Shown here: positions 8,952 through 20,713 of the stretch, in pieces | How positions within the stretch are numbered: position 1 is the first letter of the stretch | Layout of the letters: every line of letters begins with the position of its first letter | Origin: Flectonema sp. DT1601 | Taxonomy: Eukaryota | Direction: 5' to 3' | NCBI GenBank assembly: GCA_964019425.1 | Contig: OZ025804.1 | Span: 620,001-684,000, forward strand | DNA length: 64,000 nucleotides | The notes under the pieces: generated by a model | Told to the model about the DNA's origin: nothing | The model's database searches: none | The model's input: only the letters and a program-made list of their open reading frames with translations | Made by a program: the position numbers and the translations under genes

Positions 8952-11900
8952 TGAGGCGATCGGCAGGGTGGAGGTGTTCATGATTTTTCACTTTGCTACA
9001 CGAAAATTCACGATTTTTCACGATTTTTCACTTAATTTTTTGCTGCTTTTTGGTAGTGAAATCCTGTGAAAACGTTTCTTTGAAACGAAAATTCATTTGA
9101 ATATTATTCCTTGGTCAGCAACCATCATTGTCGCCCTTTGGGCCTGTTAAAAAAAATAAAAAATAAAAAGAAAGTTTACATCGGGAATAGGGCAGGAGCC
9201 AAAAGCTCCCAGTCCGTTACTTCCCACTTTATCGAAATTCGTGTGAAAATGTGTGAATTCTAGTGAAAAAAGTGAGTGATATCCAGATGGTACCGTTGGT
9301 GCTGGTGTGCTGTGCGATGTCAAACCTGTTCAGTTTGCCATACGTCATGTCACTTTGACAACTAAATGGGCATCGCTTGTGCCCAGTGACCCATCACCCT
9401 TCCTGACCATCGCTTGTGGTGAGGTTCCGGACTTTGGACCGGCGCATCGCGTGTGCGGTGGGTTTAATCACTGGGGCTCATTCTCGTTCAGACTGTTCTG
9501 TTCTGTGGTGTCTTTCCATTACTCCTCCCATCTCTGCCAGGAGACAGCCTGACAACCCATATTGATATTGCTTGAGAGACAATGAGAGGTAATTCATTGG
9601 GGTAGAAACAAGTGAGTGTAATCATTGGGTTCCAAGCTGATGATAATTTTCTTGGTTAAATAAATAAAAAATCCAAAGAGCAACTGTTGTCATTGCTCAA
9701 CCTTGGGATTCTTGCGTGCCGGTTCTGCAGCCTTCTTTTTCTTCGCCTCTGCAGCCTTCTTCCTGGCTGCATCCCTTGCTTCCTCCTTCGCCTTCTTGGC
9801 AGCCGCCTTCTCCTTTCGTGCCTCCTCTTTTCGCTGAGCAGTTTTTTCTTGTGCAACTTTCCTGGCAGCAGCATTTTCTGCTGCTTTCCCTGCTTGCGTT
9901 GATAGGCAAGGTGACCAACCTTGACATTCTTTCTTTTCTCTCCTGTTGTGACAAACACAAAATACACACACAGCTTACAGTGTGTTCTTTGTGTATGTTT
10001 TCTTCAGGTGTGAGTAGTTTTTTTGTTCTTGCTCTTCAGGGAAGGCCTTAGCCAAAAGCTAACAGTCCAAATCTCACCTGGAAATTCAACTCAGTCCTTG
10101 TCAGTTTTGGCATCAAACTTGTAATGGTTTAATCATTACAAGTTATTTACTGAAATATTTGTTCTAAAAGTTGCTAAGTATTTCTCACTTAGAAATTTTT
10201 TATTTTTTTATTTTCAGCTTAATTAGCTACAAATTGTTTCTACTAAGTGTTTCTCACTTAGATTTTTTTTTTGCTTTTCAGCTCCTTAAAAGCTGCTAAG
10301 TGTTTCTGCTAAGTGTTTCTCACTTAGAATTTTATTTTTATGTTCGTTTTCTATCCCTTCTCCTATCCCTTTTGTTCAAAATAAGCGGGAGGAAATTCTC
10401 TCATTCACGCTAAGATGCACTCTGAACTTTGATTTTTTGATCTGAGTGTGAGGGAATGACCTGTTAGTGCATTGGGCATAGGCTGGGCTGCAGTTTAGAT
10501 GTCTTAGGTGTTAATAAGGGGTTCCTCTAGCATTTTTCTTTGTTCCCACCTTATGATTTTCTTGAAGAAAAAAAATAGAAGTCATAATGGTGCTTCCCTC
10601 TGGAAGGGTTGTAAGCCATGGTGTCCAACTAAATTAAAGGACAAGTCTGGGATAATCCCTGCCAGAGGGGCGAGTATTCTACCATGGTTGAAATACTCTG
10701 GCAACTGATCTTCAATTTTATGTTGTTTGTTAGCTGCTGGTGTATCTTGATTATGTGTTGATCTTGCATTTTTTTTATTTGTAATCTTCTATTACAATTC
10801 TCTTTCTGTTCTGGTCTGTTACTTCATTTGTCTTGTTTAACTTCAGTTATATCCATTTTACTTTTTATTGTTTCCCATCTACTTTTTATTTTCTATTAGT
10901 TCTGGTCAGAAACTCCTGGGCAGCAAGAAGGAAAGCAGTTTAGTACTTCTGGGTGTTTGGCATCACCCCCCATAGTGAGCAAGTACAACAGGTAGCATTG
11001 GTAGTCTGTTGATCCTGAGTGATCCCAGCTACAGTTTTGCTTTTCTTTCTTTTTTTTAGAAGAAGATCAGGACATCCAAGCACTGCTGGATAGTTGCTGA
11101 ATGCAGGGCCTGCCTGTGGCATTATAATAACAGGCTAAGTCATTTGTAGTTCATAGTTTACCTTTGATTTTGTAACTTCACACAGGGTACTATGAACGAT
11201 GAGAGATCCAGTGGGATCACTCAGGGTCTAGTAGAGACCACCAATGTTGTGCGTTGATAGGCAAGGTGACCAACCTTGACATTCTTTCTTTTCTCTCCTG
11301 TTGTGACAAACACAAAATACACACACAGCTTACAGTGTGTTCTTTGTGTATGTTTTCTTCAGGTGTGAGTAGTTTTTCTGTTCTTGCTCTTCAGGGAGGG
11401 CCTTAGCCTACCTGTTGTACTTGCTCACTATGGGGGGTGATGCCAAACACCCAGAAGTACTTAACTACTTTCCTTCTTGCTGCATTCCCAGGAGTTTCTG
11501 ACCAGAACTAATAGAAAATAAAAAGTAGATGGGAAATAATAAAAAGTAAAATGGATATAACTGAAGTTAAACAAGACAAATGAGGTAACAGACCAGAACA
11601 GATAGAGAATAAAAATAAAAGATATAGGCAAGAATGATTGTAGTGAAAGATTACAAATAAAAAAAATGCAAGATCAACACATGATCAAGATACACCAGCA
11701 GCTAACAAACAACATAAAATTGAAGATCAGTTGCCAGAGTATTTCAACCATGGTAGAATACTCGCCCCTCTGGCAGGGATTATCCCAGACTTGTCCTTTA
11801 ATCTAGTTGGACACCATGGCTTACAACCCTTCCAGAGGGAAGCACCATTATGACTTCTATTTTTTTTCTTCAAGAAAATCATAAGGTGGGAACAAAGAAA

Positions 11901-13694
11901 AATGCTAAGAGGAACCCCTTATTAACACCTAAGACATCTAAACTGCAGCACAGCTTATGCCCAATGCACTAACAGGTCATTCCCTCACACTCAGATCAAA
12001 AAATCAAAGTTCAGAGTGCATCTTAGCATGAATGAGAGAAATTTCTCATCGCTTTTTTTGAACAAAAGGGATAGAAGAGGGGATAGAAAACGAACATAAC
12101 AATAAAATTCTAAGTGAGAAACACTTAGCAGAAACACTTACAGGGGGTTTAAATTATTTGACCAAGATGGCAATATCTGCCTCATCCCGGAGCCTACACA
12201 CCGAGTTCATTGCATTGCCTCCTGGATTGCGAAGTACTTTGGCCTCAGTGACTTCCTCCGTTCAATAGCAACGCTGTGCTTCATACGTGGGAATCGGTCG
12301 TTTGCTTACTCATTGAGAGGGGGGTTGATTTTACAGGTGCCTTGGCAGGGGCGTTGTCTTGGTTAGAGGACACACGTTCAACTGCTTCATTGTGTTTTCT
12401 TGTTGAGGGTAACACAACAGAACATTTCAAAAAGATTAACCGGCAGAAAGTTCAGGACAGCCAGGCCGGAAGATCAGGCCACTGTCACCTCGATTATTGG
12501 GAAAGATTTTTGCATTGCTCGATACCGAGCTTCCAGGTAGATGGTTCTACATGTTGGAACCCTTGGGGGGAAAGGGTATTTTTCGTTGCTGCTATTGCGG
12601 TGACACAGTCTCCCCTCACCACGCCCGCCTGCTGGAAGTCAATAGGCAGGTCAACCACGCCCTCTCCCATGTGAACCACATTCAGGTCTCTAAGCTGAAG
12701 AGCGATGTCCCCGATGACCCCATGCTCACCAAGCCTGATGCCAGCATCATCCCGGTGGACGCACCATCCCTACCTAACCCCCCAACCAAGTCCCAGCGCG
12801 GGGCATTCATTTTCTCTGTTGTTGAATGCTTTGCGCTGGAGCTCCCCACCAAGCTAAAGTTGCGTGACCCCCTCTCCCTCCCGGTGCCCCAGCAGTCCGC
12901 CACACTGACCCAAGCGAAAGCAGCGAAAGCAGCAGAAAATGCTGCTGCCAGGAAAGTTGCACAAGAAAAAACTGCTCAGCGAAAAGAGGAGGCACGAAAG
13001 GAGAAGGCGGCTGCCAAGAAGGCGAAGGAGGAAGCAAGGGATGCAGCCAGGAAGAAGGCTGCAGAGGCGAAGAAAAAGAAGGCTGCAGAACCGGCACGCA
13101 AGAATCCCAAGGTTGAGCAATGACAACAGTTGCTCTTTGGATTTTTTATTTATTTAACCAAAAAAATTATCATCAGCTTGGAACCCAATGATTACACTCA
13201 CTTGTTTCTACCCCAATGAATTACCTCTCATTGTCTCTCAAGCAATATCAATATAGGTTGTCAGGCTGTCTCCTGGCAGAGATGGGAGGAGTAATGGAAA
13301 GACACCACAGAACAGAACAGTCTGAACGAGAATGAGCCCCAGTGATTAAACCCAGATGCGCCGGTCCAAAGTCCGGAACCTCACCACAAGCGATGGTCAG
13401 GAAGGGTGATGGGTCACTGGGCACAAGCGATGCCCATTTAGTTGTCAAAGTGACATGACGTATGGCAAACTGAACAGGTTTGACATCGCACAGCACACCA
13501 GCACCAACGGTACCATCTGGATATCACTCACTTTTTTCACTAGAATTCACACATTTTCACACATTTTCACAGGATTTCACTACCAAAAAGCAGCAAAAAA
13601 TTAAGTGAAAAATCGTGAAAAATCGTGAATTTTCGTGAATTTTCGTGTAGCAAAGTGAAAAATCATGAACACCTCCACCCTGCCGATCGCCTCA
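8952..13694. repeat. Nested inverted-repeat (foldback-like) block
   Basis: 8952-~9890 is inverted at ~12925-13694; 10297-10995 is inverted at 11408-12140 (third partial copy 8367-8572); ~9894-10050 is directly repeated at ~11250-11408 and partly at ~14225-14330. Confidence 0.88.
12497..13123 (+). CDS. Repeat-associated ORF fragment: Cys/His cluster, Pro-rich linker, Lys/Ala-rich tail
   Basis: 208-codon frame with CCYC..HH...H...H..H and KAAAKKAKEEA-type tail; no ATG start; the tail is duplicated in the inverted arm (9690-9890, - strand). Confidence 0.35.
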   Translation: MGKIFALLDTELPGRWFYMLEPLGGKGIFRCCYCGDTVSPHHARLLEVNRQVNHALSHVNHIQVSKLKSDVPDDPMLTKPDASIIPVDAPSLPNPPTKSQRGAFIFSVVECFALELPTKLKLRDPLSLPVPQQSATLTQAKAAKAAENAAARKVAQEKTAQRKEEARKEKAAAKKAKEEARDAARKKAAEAKKKKAAEPARKNPKVEQ

Positions 13695-14727
13695 TGCAAA
13701 GCCACAGAGACATCGAAGAATCAGCATCGCTGGCGCTCCATGCTTGTTGCAGTATGGCAACAGCCCTCCGTCCCTCATCTGCACTGTGTTTGTGAGCGCA
13801 GAGCAGCCTCTTCTCTTCCCTGCAAGCACACTTGGTCATGAGGTGGATGGCGTGTGGTAGCTTACAGGAACTCACATCTGCTGGAGTGATATCGATGCTT
13901 TCGTTGTCTTCCCTGGTATTGTTTTGAAATAACACTCGTTCTTTCTCTGTTGTTAAAAACTTTCTAAAAGAAAGATGTTAGCAAAACTTGCATCTTCTTT
14001 CTTACTTCTGTTTGTTTTGAACTAACAACAGGAGGTAAAATGATTGACAGGGCCGTGGCCAAAAGTCACCAGTCCATATGTCATTCAAACCGACTTCATA
14101 TTGCTACAATCACAACACAACTAAAACAGCTCTGTCGTTGCTTTATTTCCGAAAAATTATGTTTTGCCAAGGGACAATGGAAGCAGATCGATGGAGGTTC
14201 AGCAGGTGATGTGATGTACTTGTATGTGTGTTCGTTGTGTATGTTTTTTTCAGGTGCGAGTAGTTTTTATGTTCTTGTCTTTCAGGGAGGGCCTTGGTCA
14301 AAAGCAAACTGTCCAAATCTCACCTGGAACTTTATTCTCTCAAACATGTGCTAATAACACACACTCTTCCTTAACAAATACATAGGTTTATTTTTATGTA
14401 TTTATTTAATTATTTTCTTTTCTTATTTTTTTTATTAACAACCGGGGAAAATTCCGAAGCCAGAAGAACGAAGGTCGACGGAGGTCAGAAGCATTGCTTG
14501 CGCTGATGTTCCGGTATGCGTTATGTCTCTGTTATCTGGTTGTTTAAACTTCATCTTTGGTTCATCTTAGATCGAACGTGGCAAGATTGCCAATACGAAA
14601 CACGTGATGTCTGTGATTCTTCCCCTTAGAAATATTGCAAAACATTTTGATGTTGATTGCTTTGTTCTCACCTCGTCAATGCATGTTCCAATTTCATTTC
14701 ATTAACCAGCTAAGATATAGAAATAAT

Positions 14728-16914
14728 ATGCCAGAAATCGGTAATCCACAGATAGAGGAACATATCGTTGAAAGACGAAAACGAGAATCTAGGTATCGCA
14801 TGGCGGCGGTGGTGGTTTGCTCATTTTTATGTGTAGTAGTAATCCTTGGAGGTATCGCATCTTCGGAAAAGACAGAACCGCTACCGGACTACGATAAGAA
14901 GAGTACCGCTTACCAACTAGCAGAACGCATACAAAAGTTTGGAAGTCGAAGTATTGATACGAGCGGTCACAGTAAGATGCAGGGATTTCTTCGTGACATC
15001 ATCTCCACATTGAGAGTTTTTACTCCCTTGCAGTCTCAAGAATTCAGCAGCAGTGGACGTAAAGTAACGAATTTGCAGTCTCAAGGATTCAGCAGTAAGA
15101 TGACGAATTTCCAAACTCAGTTACGATCAGAAGTAGTTGATACTGACGGTTGCCACTTGTTACTAGCCACTCACTACGATACGGCAGACGTATCTGATTA
15201 TGTTGGAACAACAGATTCTGGTACTGCTATCGGAGTGCTTCTTTCAGTTATTTATAACTTGGAAAAATCTATTTCAAATTACGAATCCAATCGGAAAAGT
15301 AATTGTCAAATCAGTGTTGTCTTTTTAGATGGATCTGCTCAGGGCTCTGCTGGAGCGAACCACTTGGCAAGTACTCTTAGAGAAAGTGCTTTACCGCCTA
15401 CCATGCTTGTATATTTGAGCCAAATTGGTTTTGCTGGACAGACATTCCCGCGGCTTCAAAATGCAGGTACCAATGACGAGTATGTAATGTTGAGAAACAT
15501 TCAGCAAAGTGGGTTTTCTCATTCTAATTTGTTTTCTGGTGATGAGGTGACAGATATTCAATTTGACGGTTTTTCCTACTCAGGCTTTGCTGAACTATTC
15601 ACTGTTAAGTGGTTGCCACTGATTGGGCATCCAAACCCTAGTCCCATTCATTTAAAACAAAGTGACAGGATGACTGCTGTCGATGATCAGGTTCTGTTAT
15701 CGCTGGAGGGTATCTTGACTAAATGGATTGCTAAAAAAACAACCAAAGTCAGTGTGATTACAAAAACAATTGAAAAAGGTACTTGTACAGATAATGGTTA
15801 CTTAAGTATCACTGACAGTCTAACGTGTTCTTTAACTGCTGAGTTCTTACCTTTCAAGAAACAGAGTAGCCAAACTATCCCGTTTGGTTGTACCATCAGT
15901 GGTGGTGCAACCATAATGAATACTTTAAAAACAAGTTTTACTATGGGAACTACTGCAAGTGTTAATTCTCCACACATTTGCATAGAAATTCCTGGTGTTG
16001 TGGAAGATAGTTTACCAAATCGCGTGTGGAATATTACTGAAGAGCTTCTCTCATTTGGTACTCGTGTTGGAGGAAGCGGATCTATTGGATACAATAAGTC
16101 TAAAGATTTAATCTATTCAAACTTTATTAAAGCACCCGTTAAAAATTCTTGGACAATACACAACCAGTCATGGAGTGAAGAGAAAGGAGACTTTACAAAT
16201 TTTTATGCCCAGAGTACATTTGGTGATTTACGGAACGGTCATATTGTGTTATCAGCTCATTATGATTCAAAGTACTTTGCACCTCCAGCTGTTTTTGTTG
16301 GAGCGATGGATAGTGCGGTTTCCTGCTCAGCTCTTATTGCGTGGGCAGAACACATCGCAGCCATCGAATCAAACGATACCAGCAATTGGTCTGCAGGCGC
16401 TCCTGTTATAACAATTCTTTTTTTTGATGGAGAAGAGGCGTTTGTTAGATGGGTTCGCAACGACAACACTTATGGCTCTCGCTACATGGCCGACATTTGG
16501 AAACGTCAAGGAACACTTCCTGGGTTAGTCCCTGGTAGTTCATTGTCTTCAGTGACTTTATTCATTTTGTTTGATTTAATTGGCGGAGAGACTCAGATTG
16601 AAGGTTTGATGCGAATCACAAGGGATCAATTTGCCAAACTAAGCTCCTTTGACTCTTTCATTAGCCGCACTCCAACCCTGTATACTGGGAAAACAACGCA
16701 CGATATAAGCCCTATTTCAGATGATCACTTGCCCTTTTTAAGAGCTCGTTCTGATCTACCTTTAATGCATCTCATCCCTCCTACGGTTTCATTCTTCCCT
16801 TGGCATAATGAAAAGGATGATCTTGAACACCTTAGTAAGCCTGTTGTTAGAAAATTTACTCTAGCTACATGGAGGTTTATTCTCGCACTTATAACACAAC
16901 CGGAATTTGTATAA
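14728..16914 (+). CDS. Membrane-anchored protein with two tandem M28/glutaminyl-cyclase-like domains
   Basis: N-terminal hydrophobic anchor; C-domain SAHYDSK, GAMDSAVSC, FFDGEEAF, YGSR, DLIG, DDHLPF, WHNEKDD; N-domain THYDT, GTTDSG, FLDGSA. Confidence 0.85.
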   Translation: MPEIGNPQIEEHIVERRKRESRYRMAAVVVCSFLCVVVILGGIASSEKTEPLPDYDKKSTAYQLAERIQKFGSRSIDTSGHSKMQGFLRDIISTLRVFTPLQSQEFSSSGRKVTNLQSQGFSSKMTNFQTQLRSEVVDTDGCHLLLATHYDTADVSDYVGTTDSGTAIGVLLSVIYNLEKSISNYESNRKSNCQISVVFLDGSAQGSAGANHLASTLRESALPPTMLVYLSQIGFAGQTFPRLQNAGTNDEYVMLRNIQQSGFSHSNLFSGDEVTDIQFDGFSYSGFAELFTVKWLPLIGHPNPSPIHLKQSDRMTAVDDQVLLSLEGILTKWIAKKTTKVSVITKTIEKGTCTDNGYLSITDSLTCSLTAEFLPFKKQSSQTIPFGCTISGGATIMNTLKTSFTMGTTASVNSPHICIEIPGVVEDSLPNRVWNITEELLSFGTRVGGSGSIGYNKSKDLIYSNFIKAPVKNSWTIHNQSWSEEKGDFTNFYAQSTFGDLRNGHIVLSAHYDSKYFAPPAVFVGAMDSAVSCSALIAWAEHIAAIESNDTSNWSAGAPVITILFFDGEEAFVRWVRNDNTYGSRYMADIWKRQGTLPGLVPGSSLSSVTLFILFDLIGGETQIEGLMRITRDQFAKLSSFDSFISRTPTLYTGKTTHDISPISDDHLPFLRARSDLPLMHLIPPTVSFFPWHNEKDDLEHLSKPVVRKFTLATWRFILALITQPEFV

Positions 16915-17266
16915 GTCGTAGCCAAACAAGGTCATTCTTCATGTTAAGTTAAGTATAGAACGAAAATTCCTCCTGTACAGTGATAAAAGTGCCTGCAAAA
17001 AAGGACAGGGGGTAATCAATAATAAAATATCTATAACATTCTTCCTGCGGTAATTATTCCACCTAAGCATTTATTTTTAAGAGGGTGTCTTTCTTCTTGC
17101 CACCTTTTTTTTTTTTCCGCAGTTGGTTTATTTAATCATTCTTTTATTGTAATGTTTTTCCCATTGGTCAGGTTAAAAATGTTACTCTACGTTCAGTTGT
17201 ATGACTTTCCTGTTACAATATCATAGTTGCTTAATCCCCCCGTTAGGTTATTATAAACGAGTCAAT

Positions 17267-18544
17267 ATGATGCATCCACCATCGTTTACTACTAAGGCTA
17301 AAGTCGCTTTCGAGTTCTTTGATTCTAACAAAACGGGAAAGGGTCTTACTCTCGATGACTTGGGAAATGGATTTCGCCGCTTGGCATTTGAATTCACTCA
17401 GTCAACAGTTAATGATCTGCATGTGAAGGGTGATGCTAATTGTGATGGGATGTTATCGTTTGCTGAATGGCAACGCTTTGGGGAATTATACCCGACTCTT
17501 CTAGACTGTGTTTACTACAGAAGTATTGATGCTGAACTGGAGAGGTCTCGTAGAGCTGAGCTTGAACAAAAGGGTCACGAACTGACTGCTCTCCGAAAGC
17601 AGGAAGTAGACAGTCGCGAAATTTACCTCGCTGCCCAGCAAGCAACAGCCGAAGCTGATGCTCTCCTTACTCAACAGACTGATGTCATTGTAGCCGCTCA
17701 ACAACATGCTGCGGGAATGAAAGCTGCGCACGACCAGGCAAAGCTCGCTACTGAACAGGCTCGCTCTGACTTGCGACAGGCTAATTCCGATTTAAATACT
17801 TCAAAAGATAGAGAGCGTCAGGCAAACTCTGCAGCAAGTGAATCGAGGCGACTAATTGAATCGGCTGAGAGAAAGTTAAACATCCAATGTGGTAAAGTTA
17901 GTCACGCAGAGGAGCGTATCCGCGAACTAGAGCGGCAGCTGGCACAGGCTCGGGCTGAACTCGAGCACGAAATGTGTGAAGCGGACAAGGTGAGGGCTGA
18001 AATAGCGAAGGCCGTTGAGAGAGATAATGAAATAGCGATGCTTGCACAAGAAGCTTCTCGTCAACTCCGCGCTGCAGTTGATGCTGTCACACTCGGTGAA
18101 GAAGAAGTGAGAGCTCGTCAGGCAAACGAAAAGGACACCGCTGGGCTACTACGAGAAGCTAATGCTAATGTTGCCAAGGAATGTGCTCAAAAGGATGTCT
18201 GCATGCGCAACTTAGCCGCTGCACGCGATATTGAAAAACAACGACTTATGGAGTTGCAACAAGTCTCTGCGGCAGCTGAAAATATTGAGCGAGAAATTGT
18301 ACAACTTGAGAAAGAGTTTCTTGACACCGCATCGAAAAGAGAAGAAACAAATATGGAAGAAAACCCTCTCATTGAACAGGAATTGAAGCTGAGGGCTCAG
18401 CGTGACAACCTGGAACAAAAAGAGGCGCAGCTAAATAATGATGTTTGTCACTTTAATGGACGCAAACAAAGATCTGCGTCCCCTCGCAGAAGCGCTTCGC
18501 CTCTTCAAATCCAAAATGAGTTGTCAGCTCGCCGTGTGCGCTAG
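17267..18544 (+). CDS. EF-hand + long coiled-coil protein
   Basis: FDSNKTGKGLTLDD and DANCDGMLSFAEW loops followed by a heptad-rich E/A/Q/R region; acceptor-like ccccccgttag just upstream; start codon choice uncertain (first ATG is 17201). Confidence 0.8.
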   Translation: MMHPPSFTTKAKVAFEFFDSNKTGKGLTLDDLGNGFRRLAFEFTQSTVNDLHVKGDANCDGMLSFAEWQRFGELYPTLLDCVYYRSIDAELERSRRAELEQKGHELTALRKQEVDSREIYLAAQQATAEADALLTQQTDVIVAAQQHAAGMKAAHDQAKLATEQARSDLRQANSDLNTSKDRERQANSAASESRRLIESAERKLNIQCGKVSHAEERIRELERQLAQARAELEHEMCEADKVRAEIAKAVERDNEIAMLAQEASRQLRAAVDAVTLGEEEVRARQANEKDTAGLLREANANVAKECAQKDVCMRNLAAARDIEKQRLMELQQVSAAAENIEREIVQLEKEFLDTASKREETNMEENPLIEQELKLRAQRDNLEQKEAQLNNDVCHFNGRKQRSASPRRSASPLQIQNELSARRVR

Positions 18545-19066
18545 TGAGAACTCTGTTTTCTTATATTTTTTTTGTTTGGGAAAAAAATCTACGATTGTTT
18601 CCCTTTAGAGACTCATGAATCGATTTTCGTGGTCTTTTGATAGTAGTTTTGTAGGAAAAGTTCCATGTTTCACCTTCAAGTTGAGGAAGCTTGTATCTAT
18701 TTCCCGGAGCAGTTGCACATATGCAGCTGCCTCCTGGCAGAACTTCCCACGAATACGCGTTTCCAGTTTTTCTTATCCCTTTTCTCTCCCCCTCTGCCCC
18801 TTCTTTTCTTTGCAGTAAAGCTTTGCCTTCACCTACAGGGCTTTCTTCGCAACTTGTTTGTACCCACCCTCATATACGATTCGAGCTATTTGTTTTGTAA
18901 CGTTGTTGAATGATGCCGATAATTGTAGTTTTTCTTATCCTTCCGTTTAATTTTATTTCCTCCCCAACTTTATTTTTTCCAGATCTCAATATCGATCGAA
19001 AAGCACAAAGATTTCTACGTCTGGTGTGGTTCCAGTTCTCCACTAACAAAGTAAATTATATATCTA

Positions 19067-19579
19067 ATGGACATTGAACTAGATGAAGTTGGTATGATAA
19101 TTCGTTTCTTAAACGAAGACGTCGCTAACATTGTAAACAGAATGATTGATGATGAAAACGTGGAAATGGAAGTAATATTTACGGAAGAGCGAGACGGCTC
19201 ACAGCTTGGGTGGTTGCGAGTAAAAGGAAAGAACTACAGATGTAGAGTTGTATCTCTTCCTACCTATTCAGAAACATATGCGATTATTGATGGAGAAATA
19301 CATACTAAGTCAGCTGATTTGCGACAAGCCATAATAGTGGCGAGAGAATCCGATGTTGAAAACGGAAACAACGCCGCCACTATGGAAATTGAAATGACAC
19401 AATCGACACTCCCGGATGGTCTACTGCCACCAACACAGTCCATTCAACATCATTATACTAAATTAGCATCTTGTGCTCCTTCAGCAAGTGATACCAAATC
19501 ACTTATAGCAGATGCTGAATGGGTTGAAAGAACAAAAGAAGAGCCTTCATTCAAAGTCTCAATAGTTCCAGTTGGTTAA
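19067..19579 (+). CDS. TAF7 (TAFII55 N-terminal domain)-like protein
   Basis: IIRF, LPTYSETY..DG...KSADLRQAIIV and DGLLPP resemble the LP.IIES.KT.D....K.ADI.QML and GI.PP motifs of TAFII55_N. Confidence 0.65.
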   Translation: MDIELDEVGMIIRFLNEDVANIVNRMIDDENVEMEVIFTEERDGSQLGWLRVKGKNYRCRVVSLPTYSETYAIIDGEIHTKSADLRQAIIVARESDVENGNNAATMEIEMTQSTLPDGLLPPTQSIQHHYTKLASCAPSASDTKSLIADAEWVERTKEEPSFKVSIVPVG

Positions 19580-19688
19580 TAAAATATTGCATTGATTTCA
19601 TCAGTTGTGATTGAAGCTTTGATTGATAATTAATATTTTTTTGTTTTTCTTTTTTTTTCGTAACTTTATTTTAACAAACTCAGATAAT

Positions 19689-20540
19689 ATGAATACAATT
19701 AGAACTGCCTTAGTGGTAGTCGGACTCCTGGTTGGAGCCAATGCTGATGCGTATGTGAGGTGTGAAACAACAGCTGGAGACTTCACACTTCAAGTTGTAA
19801 AGAGTTGGGCACCAAATGGATACTTGAGATTTATGGAACTTATTGATGATGATTTCTTTCAGAATCAAATCATATTTAGAGCGATGGAGGGTTTTGTTTA
19901 TCAATTTGGTATTCATGGAGATCCGGATGTTCAGAAAAAATGGCAGACAAATTACATACCAGATGACCCTGCGAAACTTAAATTTGAAGTTGGTCATGTC
20001 TCGTTTGCTGGGTTCGGTGAAAACAGCAGATCTTCACATATATTTATTGCAAGTGGAAAACGGGCAACGAACTTGGGAAGATCTGCTCATGAGAGACCGT
20101 TCGCAAAGTTTCACAACGAACAGGAATTAGAGCACTTTTTAACTTCAGTTAATACGAAACACGGAGACATTCAAATACAACCCCAACTTGTTGAGAAGGG
20201 AAACATTGCGGCAGCGGAATACCCGGATCTCACTGTCATTAAATTTTGTCGTAGAATTACTTCTAAGGAGGCAAAACGTTTTAAAAATGAAATTGAAAAA
20301 AAATTGAAAATTGAAAAAAAAAAAATTGAGGCTGAAAAAAAAACTGAATTGGAAAAACAAAATAAAATAAAAGGACGCAAACAATACGTTTTAAAAAGAA
20401 TTGAATCAATATTAGGAACAAAGGCACCTAAAGTTTTAAAAAAACTTCCGAAAATGCTTAAGCACTGGGAAGGCAAGGAAGAAGGACTGTTAGAAAGCCT
20501 CGAAAAAAAGTATGGTGTGTCTGAAAACGATGAGCTATAA
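19689..20540 (+). CDS. Secretory-pathway cyclophilin-type peptidyl-prolyl isomerase
   Basis: Signal peptide, ETTAG, WAPNG, FRAMEGFVYQFG, SFAG.GENSR; Lys-rich tail; C-terminal NDEL. Confidence 0.85.
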   Translation: MNTIRTALVVVGLLVGANADAYVRCETTAGDFTLQVVKSWAPNGYLRFMELIDDDFFQNQIIFRAMEGFVYQFGIHGDPDVQKKWQTNYIPDDPAKLKFEVGHVSFAGFGENSRSSHIFIASGKRATNLGRSAHERPFAKFHNEQELEHFLTSVNTKHGDIQIQPQLVEKGNIAAAEYPDLTVIKFCRRITSKEAKRFKNEIEKKLKIEKKKIEAEKKTELEKQNKIKGRKQYVLKRIESILGTKAPKVLKKLPKMLKHWEGKEEGLLESLEKKYGVSENDEL

Positions 20541-20713
20541 ATCTTTTTTCAGTTATTAAAATAAAAACCGAACCCGGAACTGAACCAGTTCTTTTTTACA
20601 ATTGTTAACCCTGTGAGGCAACACTCTGTTTTATTGATTTTCATTTCAAAAATCAATTAGTACTTTCCATTTACAGTAACAAAAAAAAAAGAGCAAAAAA
20701 AAAAAAAACAACC

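Noticed and set aside
18610..18950. Coding-like intergenic stretch
   Set aside because: The minus-strand frames I translated contain stops, the plus-strand ORFs are short, and no motif is recognisable
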